Below are positions 50,701 through 62,227 of a DNA stretch of 64,000 nucleotides, piece after piece (position 1 is the first letter of the stretch; the number at the start of each line of letters is the position of its first letter). Source of the stretch: Protoeuglena noctilucae (lineage: Eukaryota); assembly GCA_958009085.1 (NCBI GenBank), contig OY253669.1:1054001-1118000 (forward strand), given 5' to 3'. A program made the translations under genes and the position numbers. The notes under the pieces are model-generated. The model ran no database searches, was not told the origin of the DNA, and worked only from the letters and a program-made list of their open reading frames with translations.

Positions 50701-51701
50701 TGTGCACCTCCAGCAGCTGCTTCTCCTGCGCCGAGCGCGCCGCCTCCGCGCGCGCCTCCGCCGCCTCCGCCTGCGCCCGCCGCGACGACTGCTCCGCCTG
50801 CGCCTTCTCCTGAGTCAGCTCCACCACGCGGTTCACTTGCTGCAGCAGGTCCGTCGCCTTGGCGTCCAGCTCCGCCTTCCGCTGCTCCAGAACCAGCAGC
50901 AGGGACGCCTGCGGGCGCGGCCAGCTGATGCGGTCGACACGCTGCCCGGCGCGGGCGGCCAGACAGGTGAGTGGCACTGGTTGTGGGCACTGTAGAGAGC
51001 CCAGGCCACTCGCCTCTGAGCCTTTGTGGATCTCCGCCTCCCGGCGAGCCTTGGCGGCTTCGCCCTGCAGCTCCACGTGCGCGATGCGGAGGTCCTGCAT
51101 CTCGCGCTTGGCTTCCGCAAACGCCTTGGACAAGTCCTGGCGCTCCTGCTGCAGCGCCCGGACTTCCTGCGAGGGAAGCGGCCGGCGCGGGCGCGCGATG
51201 CGTGCCGCGCATGGCCAATCCGCATCCTTATAGCTTCCTTGCGCTAACTACATTCCAATCCGCACCTTCTGAGACCTGTCCAGCTCGCCCTGCAGCTCCA
51301 GGACCTGCGCCTCCTGCTGTCGCGCCTGCCGCTCCCAGTCCTCCGCCGTCGTCTCCGCCTGGAAGCAAAGAGGAAGCGCAGCTTTTTTTTGAGGCACCGA
51401 AAGGCAAGCAGACGGTGGCGGGCGCGCGGCGAGCACAGGGACAATCCAAGCGCGTTTGCTCGGCTTGGCGCGCCCCCGGAGCGCGGGATCCGCGATCTGT
51501 CCAGGCGCCCGCGTCGAGCCAGTTCTATAGCAGGTGGCCAGCACGCGGCGACAGCAAAGGGAAGGTGGAGGCCGATGCGGAGGCGACTGATGGATACGAC
51601 ACCGAAAACGCGTCGCCCTCTTCCCAGCCCACCTCTTCATGGGCCCGCCGGAGCTCCTGCTCCAGCTCTCGAATCCGAGATTGCAAGTCCACCCCCTCCA
51701 T
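41795..51701 (-). CDS. TPR: Nuclear basket nucleoporin TPR/Mlp1/NUA
   Basis: Long coiled coil with [71 protein letters not shown] and [15 protein letters not shown]-rich C-terminus. Confidence 0.88.
41987..42118. repeat. 12-nt minisatellite (CCCCACTGC[C/T]CA)x11 in the last TPR intron
   Basis: Tandem array seen directly in the sequence. Confidence 0.95.
43965..44535 (-). repeat. Coding Glu/Gly low-complexity tract (GAGGGN repeats) in TPR
   Basis: Translates as EGEGEGEE. The plus strand is almost entirely C/T/A. Confidence 0.9.
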
Positions 51702-52251
51702 CTCGCCCCACGCGCTCTGCCCGCCCAACTACTGGGAGTGTGCCTGCGACCCTGCGCCGGGCGATGGGGCGACCCTGGGCACCTCACTGGCCCGATGGGC
51801 AGTGCTCCCCACTGTTCCAATAGCCGCGGGTGTGGGGGGTGATGCTTTTTACGAAAAGACTCGGGGAGGCCGGAGCCGTGTCGCGATCAGCCGCGACTCG
51901 AGCTATTCACAGCCAGCCACCCCCTTGCCAGCAAATGGCATGCGAATTTGGATGTGGTCGCCTATCGAGGTCCTGTCAACGGCGCCGTCCCAGCGCTGAC
52001 ACCGTCCTCACTGGCGGCAGAATCCGACGCTCTGAGCCGCTGGACTGCCGATTCCGTGACGCGCATTTCGCTGTCGATACCCCGTTCCTAGGGTTGCAAT
52101 CATAGCTCTCCAGCGCACCCGCCCTGGACGTGCAAAGAGAGTCAGGGCTGCGCGACTACTTAAGACCGAGTGCGTCGCCGCTGAGATCGAATTCGCGCGC
52201 TTCCTGCGGAGTAGTTGCGCACCGCACTGGTGGGGGGCTCTCTTCGGGAGG

Positions 52252-52801
52252 ATGTTGGGAGGGGGCGGCGGGGCACGGGCGTCCGCCCTCGTGGGGCTGC
52301 TGGCGCGGAAAAAGACAGGGAAGGGGGGGCAGTTAGGTGAGCGATGCGTCTGTAAGCCCATCATTGACACCTGCAGCGCGGCGCTTCCCCCGATGGAGAG
52401 CTCCCGACGCCGTGGGACCTCCGCGAAACCCACCGCAGTGTTCGGCAAGATGGTCTTCGACCGCGCGCCGGTGAACGTGCTAAAGGACGGCGCGGACCCA
52501 CCGCTGAAGCCGAACGCGGAGTACCCGGCCTGGCTGTGGAAGCAGATCGAGCCGAGGCCCACGCTGGTGCGGCGCTGCTGCGTGGCCGGGACTGCGTGGT
52601 TGGCCCAGCGGCCCGCGTGTGATGTGCAATGGGCGCTACGAGGCGCAGACCGGCACTGGTACACCGAGAGGACCGTCGTGTTCGCAGGGGGAGCTGAAGC
52701 GGCAGCCGTTGCTGACGGAGGGGGAGCTGACGCGGATGGTGCGGCTGATGAACAAGGAGCACATCAAGGCGAACAACAACGCGCTGCGCAAGTCCAAGTA
52801 G
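52252..52801 (+). CDS. MRPL54: Mitochondrial ribosomal protein mL54 (yeast L37 family)
   Basis: NVLKDGADPPLKPNAEYPAWLW and RLMNKEHIKANN. Confidence 0.88.
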
Positions 52802-52944
52802 CCGACCAGCGTAGCTGAATGTAGTGGCAGTCCGTTTCAAAGTCGGGAGCACTCGGCCCACAAAATCGTCTCTAACAGTCTGTCCTACACGCATCAACGG
52901 GTCGCCAGCCAATCCTCATGGCGAGGGAAACACCTCCGCAACGC

Positions 52945-54310
52945 TCATGCCGCCTTCTTGGCCTTTCGAGCCGCCTTCCCGTTCCCCGCCCGGCCCCCGC
53001 CCTCCCACGCCCCGCTCTCGCCGTTCCCCGCGCCGCGCTTGTCGGCGTGCATGGGCGCCACAGCCTCCGCCCCCCCGCCCTTGGCCCCCTTCGCGACCTC
53101 CGCCCCCGCCTTGGTGTAGGTCTTGTACGAAATCCCCGAAAAGACGCACGCCACGCCGAGCCACTGCGTCGGCAGCAGCCGGCTCTTGTTGTAGACCACG
53201 GAGGCGAGGATGGAGAAGAACTTGCGCGTGGTGGTGACGGTGGAGCACGTGAGGTTGCCGAAGAGGGCGATGAGGAGGAAGACGAACAGCTGCCCGAGCA
53301 CGCCCATCACGACCGTGACGGCCAGCTCCCACGCCGCCTCGGGGTGGCGCTGGCAGTAGCGGAACACGGCCACGAGCGACGAGCCGCCCGCGCCGGCCGC
53401 CGCCGGGCGGCCCAGCGCCCAGGACAGGGCGCGCTCCCAGCTGGGCTGCGCGACGTAGCCGGCCAGGCTAAAGGCCGAGGTGAGGAGGTTCATTCCCAGC
53501 ATGATGTGCAGGGGGTTGGTGTGCGGGTACTTGTGCCGGATGCCGTCCTGGAAGGCGGACGTCCACCCGTCGAAGAGGAGGTTGAGCAGCACGAGCGTGT
53601 AGCCGTGCACGGGGCTGTAGTGCTGGATTTTGCTCTTGACCTCCTTGGACGAACGCAGTGAGAAGAGCGTCACGCCGCCCGCGATCAGCGCCGTGCAGAC
53701 GTACTCCTGCGGGCAGACACAACAGCCAGGTGCGTCCACTGGGGGCGTGGCTACTAGCTGCATGACGGGTCCGCGCCTGTGTGCCGGGGGCAGCCTCACC
53801 GACAGCGAGTAGGAGGTGCCGTTCCACACGAGGTTCATGACCATAACGGGGACCATCTTGGAGGACTTGACCAGGACCTGGGCCGTGTAGGGGATGTGCT
53901 TGAGGGCCAGGCTCCCCAGCGCCGGGCCGATGCTGTGCGTGAGCGCCGGCGGGACCCAGGCCGAGAGCGGCGCGACCTGCTTGGGGGGGAAGAGGAGCGA
54001 GCAACGCAATCAGCACTGCGCTGGCAGGGCAGGGCTGCATTGGAAGCCTCGAGAGTCGAGCCTAGCCACTTCGCACCTGCGGGTCTCGCGTGAAAAGTCC
54101 CCCGGTGAGGGCCAGCAGGAGCCCGGCGGCCAATGCGCTCGTCAAACTGAGCGCGGAGGTGACGACCGTGAGGTCCGGGAACTTCTCCTTGGGCGGCTCG
54201 GGCTGCGCGAGGCGCTCGTTGAAGACCCCGCTGGTGATGAAGGTGACGTAGATTCCGATGGCGGCGAACGCGAGCACCAGCGCCTTGGTCGTCGCGGAGG
54301 CCTCGCGCAT
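52945..54310 (-). CDS. SLC35B1/UTr-type UDP-galactose transporter with KKxx ER-retrieval tail
   Basis: ALKHIPYTAQVLVKSSKMVPVM, LLFDGWTSAFQD and TTTRKFFSIL. Ends in KKAA. Confidence 0.9.
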
Positions 54311-55059
54311 GCCGGCAGTCGACCACAGCGGCCGGCGGGGCGCGTGGCCTTCCGCAACCTTCTTCCCTGCGGCGAGGGAGCTGCGGCCGCGTCGTGACGC
54401 CCAGCGCCTCGCAGAACCTATTGTGTGTGAGATGCAAAAGCGCACAGACGGAGCGACGACCGCAGAGGCGCGCGATCTGCGCCAGGGATCGGGCCCGCTC
54501 GCGCGACGCCCCACGGGGTCCTGCAGCGCCCCGCGGAACGAACGAGGCGCCCGATGGGTGGGCGCGATCGCAGGAGGGAGTAATGAGAACGCGCGCGGCG
54601 CCGGCGCAGGGGCAAAACGCGGGCGAGGAACGGTGCATTGACGCCTGCGCACCTCCGTTGTCCGTGCCCATCGCGCTTTCTCGACGAGGCGCCAGCCGCC
54701 TTGGCGGACGCGAAGGCTTGGTGGTTCGGATAAGCCCACGATACGCGTCTCGGGTAGAGAGGGATGCCGGTAAGGGGTTGGCAGAGCGCAGGGGGCGTTG
54801 AGGTCGAGAGACGTCCCGCGGCGCGTGCACAGGGGCGGCAAGGAGGGCCGCCGCGGGGCAGGAGTCGTCAGGCCCGGGGTTCAACGCGGTGAGTTCAACG
54901 AAGCCAAGCTGGATGATGTCAGGATCATGCATGCACACTGACGCCAGCTGGAGTCGGGCTCTGGCTGGAAGACTCCGAAGTGGCGTAGCGACACCTTCAT
55001 TGGAGTAGGAGGGCAGGCATATTTCCTTGGCCGTTGGCGAACGTCTGGCCTACGGCCAG

Positions 55060-56279
55060 CTAGGGCGTGTTTACAATCAGGGCATAATTTGACCATTCCC
55101 GCTTCTTGTCCATTTCCGGGTACAGCCTGCGTGCAACAGAGCCAAGCCATACGAGGACCTTGCAGCACTCAACAAGCGTGCATGCAGTCCAGTGATTTTA
55201 GCAAAACTCACGTGTCATCCATATCGTCCCTGAGCTGCGTGACTTCCTTGTCAGAGAAAAACCCCAGCTCCTTGACAATGGCTGCGGCCTTTTCCTTATC
55301 GCTGTTGATGCTGCGAAGGCAGCACATAGCTGATATTAGGATTCCCGTGTCGGCATACGGTCTGAGGCCATCACATGCATGCATCGCACTAGTACTCACT
55401 TGAGGAACGCGCCCTTGACGACCACCTTGCCATCATCGCGCTTCGTCAGGAGATTCAGGCACACGCCCTTCCCACCGGCGGCCGTCACTGCGTTCGCCAC
55501 CTTCTCCAGCAACCCGTTGTGCCCCACAAGGGGCGGCACCCAATCCGCCTTGTTGTCCCGGCCCCAAGTTCCCGGGTGCTCGATCAGGATCATGTCGCGG
55601 ACGCTCGGGTGGTAGCGAAGCGTGAACCCCGCGACAACCTTGCTGTCGGCGCCCTCGATCTTCGTGGAGCTTGTTCCAACGGCTCTCATTGTGCAAAATC
55701 TCCATCGCCTCCTTCTTGAGCACTTCTGGAATCGTCAGGTCATTCTCGTGACCGTAGAGCTTCGGCATCTTTTTGGGAAGGAACTCCCGCAGCTCGGGCC
55801 GTTTGACGCCAATGACGCCGTCGAAGGTCCAGTCCACGTTCTTGATGTAACTGCGGCGGGGAAAGCGTTTTTACGGTTTAATATCCCTGTGCTGTGGAAG
55901 TGAGGTCTTCGTGCAGGTCCGCAGCGTCGCCTGATCTCCAAGTCCGGAGACACGATGGGGAAGACCTTCACATGCGGCTTCCACCAATGGATCCATCCGC
56001 CAGCGTTCACGCGCACGAGTGTGTCCACGTCATTGGAAGCGGCGAGTGCAAGCTCGTACATCTGGGGGGGCCTTACAAAGATGGGGGAATCTGTAAACAT
56101 GCATGCACGTGGCAAGCGCGGGCTGCATCTTCGCACGCACGCACCTCAATGCGCTGTTTAGAGGTGACGCGTTGGGCATCGTAGATAGAAATTTTGCTCG
56201 ACTCGTCACCGCTGACCTGCGCCTCCATCACGATGCACATCCGCACCTGCCAGTCCTCATATGGCTTGACCCCTGCCAT
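55060..56279 (-). pseudogene. Spliced orphan gene carrying one apparent frameshift near 55668
   Basis: Five exons join in phase across GT/GC-AG introns, but the coding-like frame shifts by +1 at AAG CTC C ACG AAG. GC content is lower than in neighbouring genes. Confidence 0.5.
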
Positions 56280-56671
56280 GACGAAAGCAGGTCAGTTTCC
56301 TGAAAAAATGCCAAATTCTTATTTTTTTTGCGAGTGAGGATTCAAAGAGTTAGACCTTGAAGCTTTGTTGCCCGTCCTGGTTAATGTAACCTTACCTGCT
56401 GGAATGTCATGACGCAGGCTCCAGCCAGGCTCCTGAAGGGAAGGCCCATAGTAACCCGTAAAACGCTTTTCAGTAGAAAGAGGGGTGCGAGAAAGAGGAC
56501 AACCAGGCTCTTTTCTTTGGATGGGTTGCAGAATTTCCCCCACCTCCCAACCAGGCTGTGATGCAGCAAAGAGGTTGGCTGTGTGATGCTGGAAAAGTAG
56601 AGAAGCAGGTCAAGGACACGGACACTGATGTTCACCGGTATATTTACAACGTTTCAAAGATGGACTCCGTT

Positions 56672-58582
56672 CTACTGCCCCTCCCGCCGCGCCTCGGCCT
56701 TCATCTGCACGGCCATGGTGAGCAGCTCCCCCGCCGTCTCCATGGTGCGCCGCTTGGCCTCCAGCTTGCCGCGGTAGGGCTCGAGCGCCTTGCGCCGGAT
56801 GCCCGACCCCGCCGACGCCTCCCTCAGCCGCGCGAACGCCTCCTCCTCCTCCTCCTGCGCCCGCGTGGCGTCCTTGAGGACCGCCCGCACCTCCGCGATG
56901 AACACGTCCACCGGCACCGTCTCCTGCGACAACGCCTCCTCCACGGCCTCCGGCAGCGCCTCTTCCCCCAGGGCGTCGCCCTTGGACAGCACCCCGGCCA
57001 ATGAGAAGATGTCCACGCCTGCGGGCGGTGCCAGTGGCGCTGCTGTCGTTGAAACACTCCCAGCACACGACGGACGAGCGTAGCACAGTGGCAGCCATCG
57101 CACCTGGCAGCCCCGGCGGGAAGAAGGCCCGGCGCATGCGGTCGGCGGCCGCCCCGCGCGCCTCGGCCTCGGACGGTCCGCCTTCCCGGTCGCGCATCTC
57201 CATCACCGTCAGCAGTTCGTCCAGGAGACGCAGCGCGGGCCCGGAGGAACGCCGCTGGGCCTCCGCCTCCGCCATCTTGCTGCGGCGAGGGAGGGCCCAG
57301 CAGGAGACGTTCGTCGCAAGACACGCGGGTGCACCAGCGCAGTGCGTCACAAACAGCAGCGTCGCACCGCAGCAGCCGGAGCCCCTCCAGGAACTGTGGC
57401 TCGGAAGCCTGGTACTTCTCTGCAGCACGGATGCGGCGGTCGAGGAGGTCGAAGAAGAGCTCGTCCAACAAATGGCCCTGCTTGGACACCTCCTCCTGCA
57501 CGCACTCCCCGGCATTCTGCGACGCTTGAGGGATCGTACCCTTGCCCTCCCTCTGTCCCGCACCCACGTGCATCCGAGACCCTCCCCGCTCGCCCGCTCA
57601 CCATGATCGCCAGCAGCGCCTCGCCCCGCGCCGCCACGTTCTCTCGCGCCCGCCGCTCCTCCTCCGTCTCTTGCACCCCGTCGGGCCCCGCTCTCGCGTC
57701 CCTCATGCGATCGAGGGCCACCCTCAGGGCGTCGGCAGCCTCGCTCTTCGCAACACCGCCGCCCTCCGCCCCGGGCGTCTCCTCCTCCCATCCTGGCGGC
57801 AGGGCCGGGCCCATCGCCTCCGCCGTGTCCGCAACCTCGCTGCCGCTCACCACCTCCCCCTCGAACACCCCGCCCGTCGTCTCGAGCGCTGGCGGACCAC
57901 GCAGCATCGTACCCTCGGCCTCCGTGGCAGCCTCCGGGCCCCGCGAGTCTGGCTCCACACCTACCGCTGCATCATCATAAACAGGCTCGGCATCCACCAA
58001 CGGCGCAGCTTCGGCCCACGCCTCGTCGGGTGCGGGCGTCGGCCACGGCGGCGCCTCTGCCGACGGCGGCGCGAGCCCCGGCGCCCCAGAGGGCACCCTC
58101 TCCCGCCCCTGCGTGCTGCGGTACCGTCGCTCCCGACGGGCCTGGCTGGAGCCGCTGCCTGGCACAGCGGGGGCAGAGGCACGGACCGCTGCGCCGCTGC
58201 CGTCCCGCTCGATTGCGTCGCCTCTCAGCGGGGCGACCCTCTGTTCGTTCCCGTCCTGGCTAGCGGAACTTCGAGCAACCTGCTGGCGTGTCTGCCGCTC
58301 GCGCTTCCGGACAGGCGGAGGCCGACTGCGCACAGCAGCGGCGTGGCATCAGTCTCTGCCCTCACACGCATGTTTGGGCGCAAGGCCCGGCGGCCCTCGC
58401 CTTTGAGAGCTTGTCGCTGGTTCCGTCGCTTTCGACGACGAGGCGATTTGGTCCAGGATATCGAAGTTTCCCGGGTCCTCCCCCGTCGCAGCTGCGCGGA
58501 CACTCCGCGACGGTCTCCTGGGCCCCAGGGCAAAGGCCCGCGCAGGGCAGGTCGATGCGGAAGCATGCATCGCAGCGGCCAT
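56672..58582 (-). CDS. PALE CRESS-like plastid protein
   Basis: Transit-peptide-like start. The helical C-terminal region LDELFFDLLDRRI...PALRLLDELL...VDIFSL...VDVFIAEVRAVL resembles plant PAC as I recall it. Confidence 0.6.
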
Positions 58583-58933
58583 GGCGGGGCGGCTTGATAG
58601 TGTCGACATGGCGCCCATTGCGTGGCGGTGGCCCCAATGTGGACGCGCCAAGGGAGTAGAGTGGGTAAGCACCACCTCCGCACCCTCATCCGCCCGCGCA
58701 ATGCACGTGCAAATCGCTGCCGGCGACCGGGTTGAGGAAACCCGCTTGTTCAGGCATTGCTGACTGGCGTGTCCCGCGTCAGGGTGATTTTCGCAGCCCT
58801 GCGCTGCAATGCCGCTCCCCTCACGCTCTCTTTGGACTCTTCGCATCGCCGTTGTTTCGTCCCGCCTCTGCGCGTCGTCCAGCAGGGATTCCCGCACCGC
58901 TGCTGCGCGTTCGCATTCGTACGGTAGCCAGCC

Positions 58934-59994
58934 ATGGCCTCCGGGCACCGCCGGACGGCGTCGGACCCCGTGGCCGACGTATCCACGTCCAATCCGTGAG
59001 CTGATGGCCGCGGCGGGGCTGAGAACTTTCCAGGCCCGCGGCGTGGCGCGAACGAAGACAGCTTGGTGCGGTTTGCAGAATACCCGGCGATATCCTGGAG
59101 TCTATCGACCGTTTGGAGCACGTACCGAACGTCGACTTGGTATCGGAGGTCGCGCGGATCACCGGCGCCTGGAGGGAACACGTCGCGCGGTCGGGGGACC
59201 CCGGACTTGCGGGCCTGCTTGGGGTGGGGCGCCTGCAACGCGCGGCGCAGACGGAACAGGAGAAGAACCTCGGGTAGGTCATCACACCGAGTCGAAGACA
59301 TGCTTGCTGCAATGCACGGCTTTCTCTTTGCACGGCGCGCTCTTGACCAACGACTCGCCGTTGGTTCCCTTCGGTCCCCGCAGGCAAGTGCTCACGGAGC
59401 TGGCCGCATTCGCCACCCAGGTGCAATTCATGAGGATGCGCCACGCCGCGACGACGGCGCAGGTAGAGGGGTCCCGGGACGAGTTGGCACGCCTGCAGGA
59501 GGACGTGCAGTACAAAGAGGCCCTCAACGCGGCCTTGCAGGCGAGGGCCCGGCGGCACGCGGGGTGCCTGCGCACGCGCTGGGTCCTATCGACTCGACCG
59601 CGCGCTCCGCTGTGGGCCGGCGAGCTTCATGGCGGGCGCAAACTGTGGGCGCGCGAGACCCTTCCCGCACCACCCTGCCCCGCAGGAGGAGATAGGGAAG
59701 CTGGCGGTGGTCGCCCCTGCCGCGGGGCCTGCGGGGGATCCGTCGCGTGGGGCGGGGGACGCCAGGGAGATGGAGCGGGACCTGTCCGCATCGCGTGACA
59801 GCCTGTCCCTTCGGCCTGACTCGTTGATGCAAGTCGAGTCGCTCGGGGCCCGGGTCATGAGCGGGGACAGGGCGACGCCCATGGACTTTGGCGAGAGCGT
59901 AGACATGATCGATTTGCCACGGCTCGCAGGCAGCGCGGGCGAGGCGGACCCACCGGTGCCCGACAACAGCCAAGGGACAATGTCGTTTATGTGA
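58934..59994 (+). CDS. Hypothetical short coiled-coil protein, 4 exons
   Basis: In-phase splicing MASGHRRTASDP|IPGDILES|QVLTEL|EEIGKL, with a GC donor near 59541. Confidence 0.6.
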
Positions 59995-60222
59995 AATTCA
60001 AGCTGTTCTCCCCAAACGACCTGCGCAAAAAACTACATGGCAGCAGGCTGTCGGGCCTGAGACGCCCCCGGTCACGGGCAGTCACGGCCCATGCGCTAGG
60101 CCAGGCGGGGGTGCCCGTGTTGCACTGCACGGTCGTGCCTGCTGCGCGACGCCGTCCTTGACAGGGAATCCACGCGCGGTTCCCAATCGACGGCACGGCG
60201 TCAGGGAGCGCGGCGTATGCGT

Positions 60223-61829
60223 TCAGAGACGGTCCTGACTGTAGCTAGGGAAGCCACCGTACGACTCCGCGCCACTGCGTGGAAGGACAAAGCACGCGCG
60301 CTCTTTGCTTCCCGCGACCGACCCATCGCGAGGCTTGTTGGGCCACCAGCGCCCATTAGCGGCGCTCACCCTCCAAACGAGCCAAAGTCACCGCCGGACG
60401 GGCTGCCGTACGTCCCATAGCCCGGGCCGCCAGCCTGGCGCCTGCGAACGGCGCGGGAAACGCAGTTATTCCGCGAAAGGCCCCGCATGGTGTCTACGCG
60501 GTACATGTGACACGAGCCACCCCGGCCGCCCCACCCAATTCCAGCCTCACCCTCCGTTGTAGCCCCCGCCGTTCCCGTTCCTCCTCCCGCGCCCCCGCCC
60601 GCGGACCCCGTTGAACGAGTCGAAGCCGCCTCCCCCCATGGGGGCAACGTACCCCGCGCCCTGGTCCGGCGCGTCGTAGAAGCCCCTACCCCCGCCGAAG
60701 CCCCGGCCGCCATCGAAGGCGGCCGGAGGCGGGAACCCCATGTCAGGGAAACCCCCCTCCTGCTCCCACCCGCTACCGCCGCCGTAGCCGCCCGGGCCCG
60801 GGCCCATGCGGCCACGCCCCCGCCCGCCCCCGCCCCCGCGCCCCCCCCGGCCGCGCCCGTACCCGAACTCCCGCTCGTCCGGATAGGCGGGGAAGCCATC
60901 GAAGCTGGCAGGGCCGCCGAAGGGGTCGCCGCTGCCCTGGATCGCGTTGCGCTGGGCCTGCTGCGCCCGCACCGACTGCAAGGGACGCGCCGAAGCGGGT
61001 GGATGCTCGGGCTCGTTGCGCCGAGCCACGGAGACCTGGCCACGGAGCGCGCTGCCGCGTCCTACCTGGTACTTGCCCTCCCTCGCGTTCTGCACGGCCA
61101 TCTCCTCGAACTGGCGCATCATCTCCTCCAGCTCCCGCTCCTTCTGGTCGATCTCGGCCACCACGCGCGCGCGCTCCGAGACGTCCTGGACCTCGTCGAC
61201 CTGCTTCCGGAGCCCCTCGATCTCCGCCTCGGCGTCGCGCTTGATCCTGCTCTGCTCGGGCGTCAGGCGGATCTTGAGGTCCTCCGAGGCCGCCTCCTTC
61301 GCCAGGACGTCCTCCTCGCGCACGCCAGCCCGTTCCGCGAGGACGGCTTCGCGGGGCTTGGCCGCCCCGAAGATCCCGGCGTTCTGCGGGGCCCGAAACA
61401 AGGGGAGGGACCGTTGGCGCCCGACAGGCCGCCCCCGCCACCCGCCCCGACCCCCGGCTCCTCCACCCGAAAGAGGGGCGCGTTCAACGGGGCGGCGCGG
61501 CGAGCGCGGCCGCCGAGCGGCCCCGGCGGGGCCCGGGGAGCGAAACGGCCCTGGCCCGCCGTGGCCCGCCCGATCGACCGCGCCGGACACGCCGTAGACC
61601 GACCGATTGAAATTCACGGCGCTCGCAAGGGCCCGCCGGGACGCCAGCGTCGCCGGGGCCCGAGTCGGGCCGCCTCCGGGCCCGCCCGCATCCCGGAGGG
61701 CCCGCCGGGCGTTCCCCGACCCCGGTGGCCCGAGCTCACCTTCGCCGCCCTCTCCGCCTCCGCCTTCTTCGCGGCAGCGGGGTCCCGGGGCTTGAGGTTC
61801 AGCCGGGGGCGCTCGGTGGGCTCCGCCAT
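60223..61829 (-). CDS. Plant-type eIF4B-like RNA-binding protein with RGG/Gly-aromatic tail
   Basis: ERPRLNLKPR and IFGAAKPREAVL, then a coiled coil and RGRGG repeats. The last two small exons are inferred from splice phase. Confidence 0.7.
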
Positions 61830-62227
61830 TGTGACGACTGCCTTGCTGGGGGAGCAGAAGGCCGCGCGGAGACGGTCCGGGTAAATGCGCGCGGGGAAGG
61901 GCCGCGCGCTGACGAGTTCCCCCGGGACAGTAGCAAGGAGAGATCCGACCCCCGCGACCCCCGTGACGTTGGGTCGTGACGACTGCGCGAGCCCGGCAGC
62001 GACGGGGGCCGGTCGGTCCCGCGCGGTCGTGAAACAGCGGTTAATGGCGAACTGCCCCCAGCACTTCCTGGCCCGGGGGTGCGCTCATCGTGCCATATTC
62101 CCATCGGCGACGTCGCATTCGGAGGTCGGGCGTCATTGTACTGGCCCTGTCGCGTCAACCGAGGTCGCTCGCGTCAGCCCGTCGACGGATGCCCAGCTCG
62201 ACGGTCGCTTCGCTTGCGCGGATCTAG

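Noticed and set aside
56290..56560. AT-richer segment with a T-run as a possible Pol III ncRNA
   Set aside because: No recognisable snRNA or tRNA motifs. It is better explained as the 5' UTR intron and promoter of the adjacent orphan gene.
54870..56660. Transposon boundaries around the orphan gene
   Set aside because: I found no terminal inverted repeats, target-site duplication or transposase/RT motifs.
61388..61739. Long first intron of the eIF4B-like gene as a snoRNA host
   Set aside because: No convincing C/D or H/ACA box arrangement was found.
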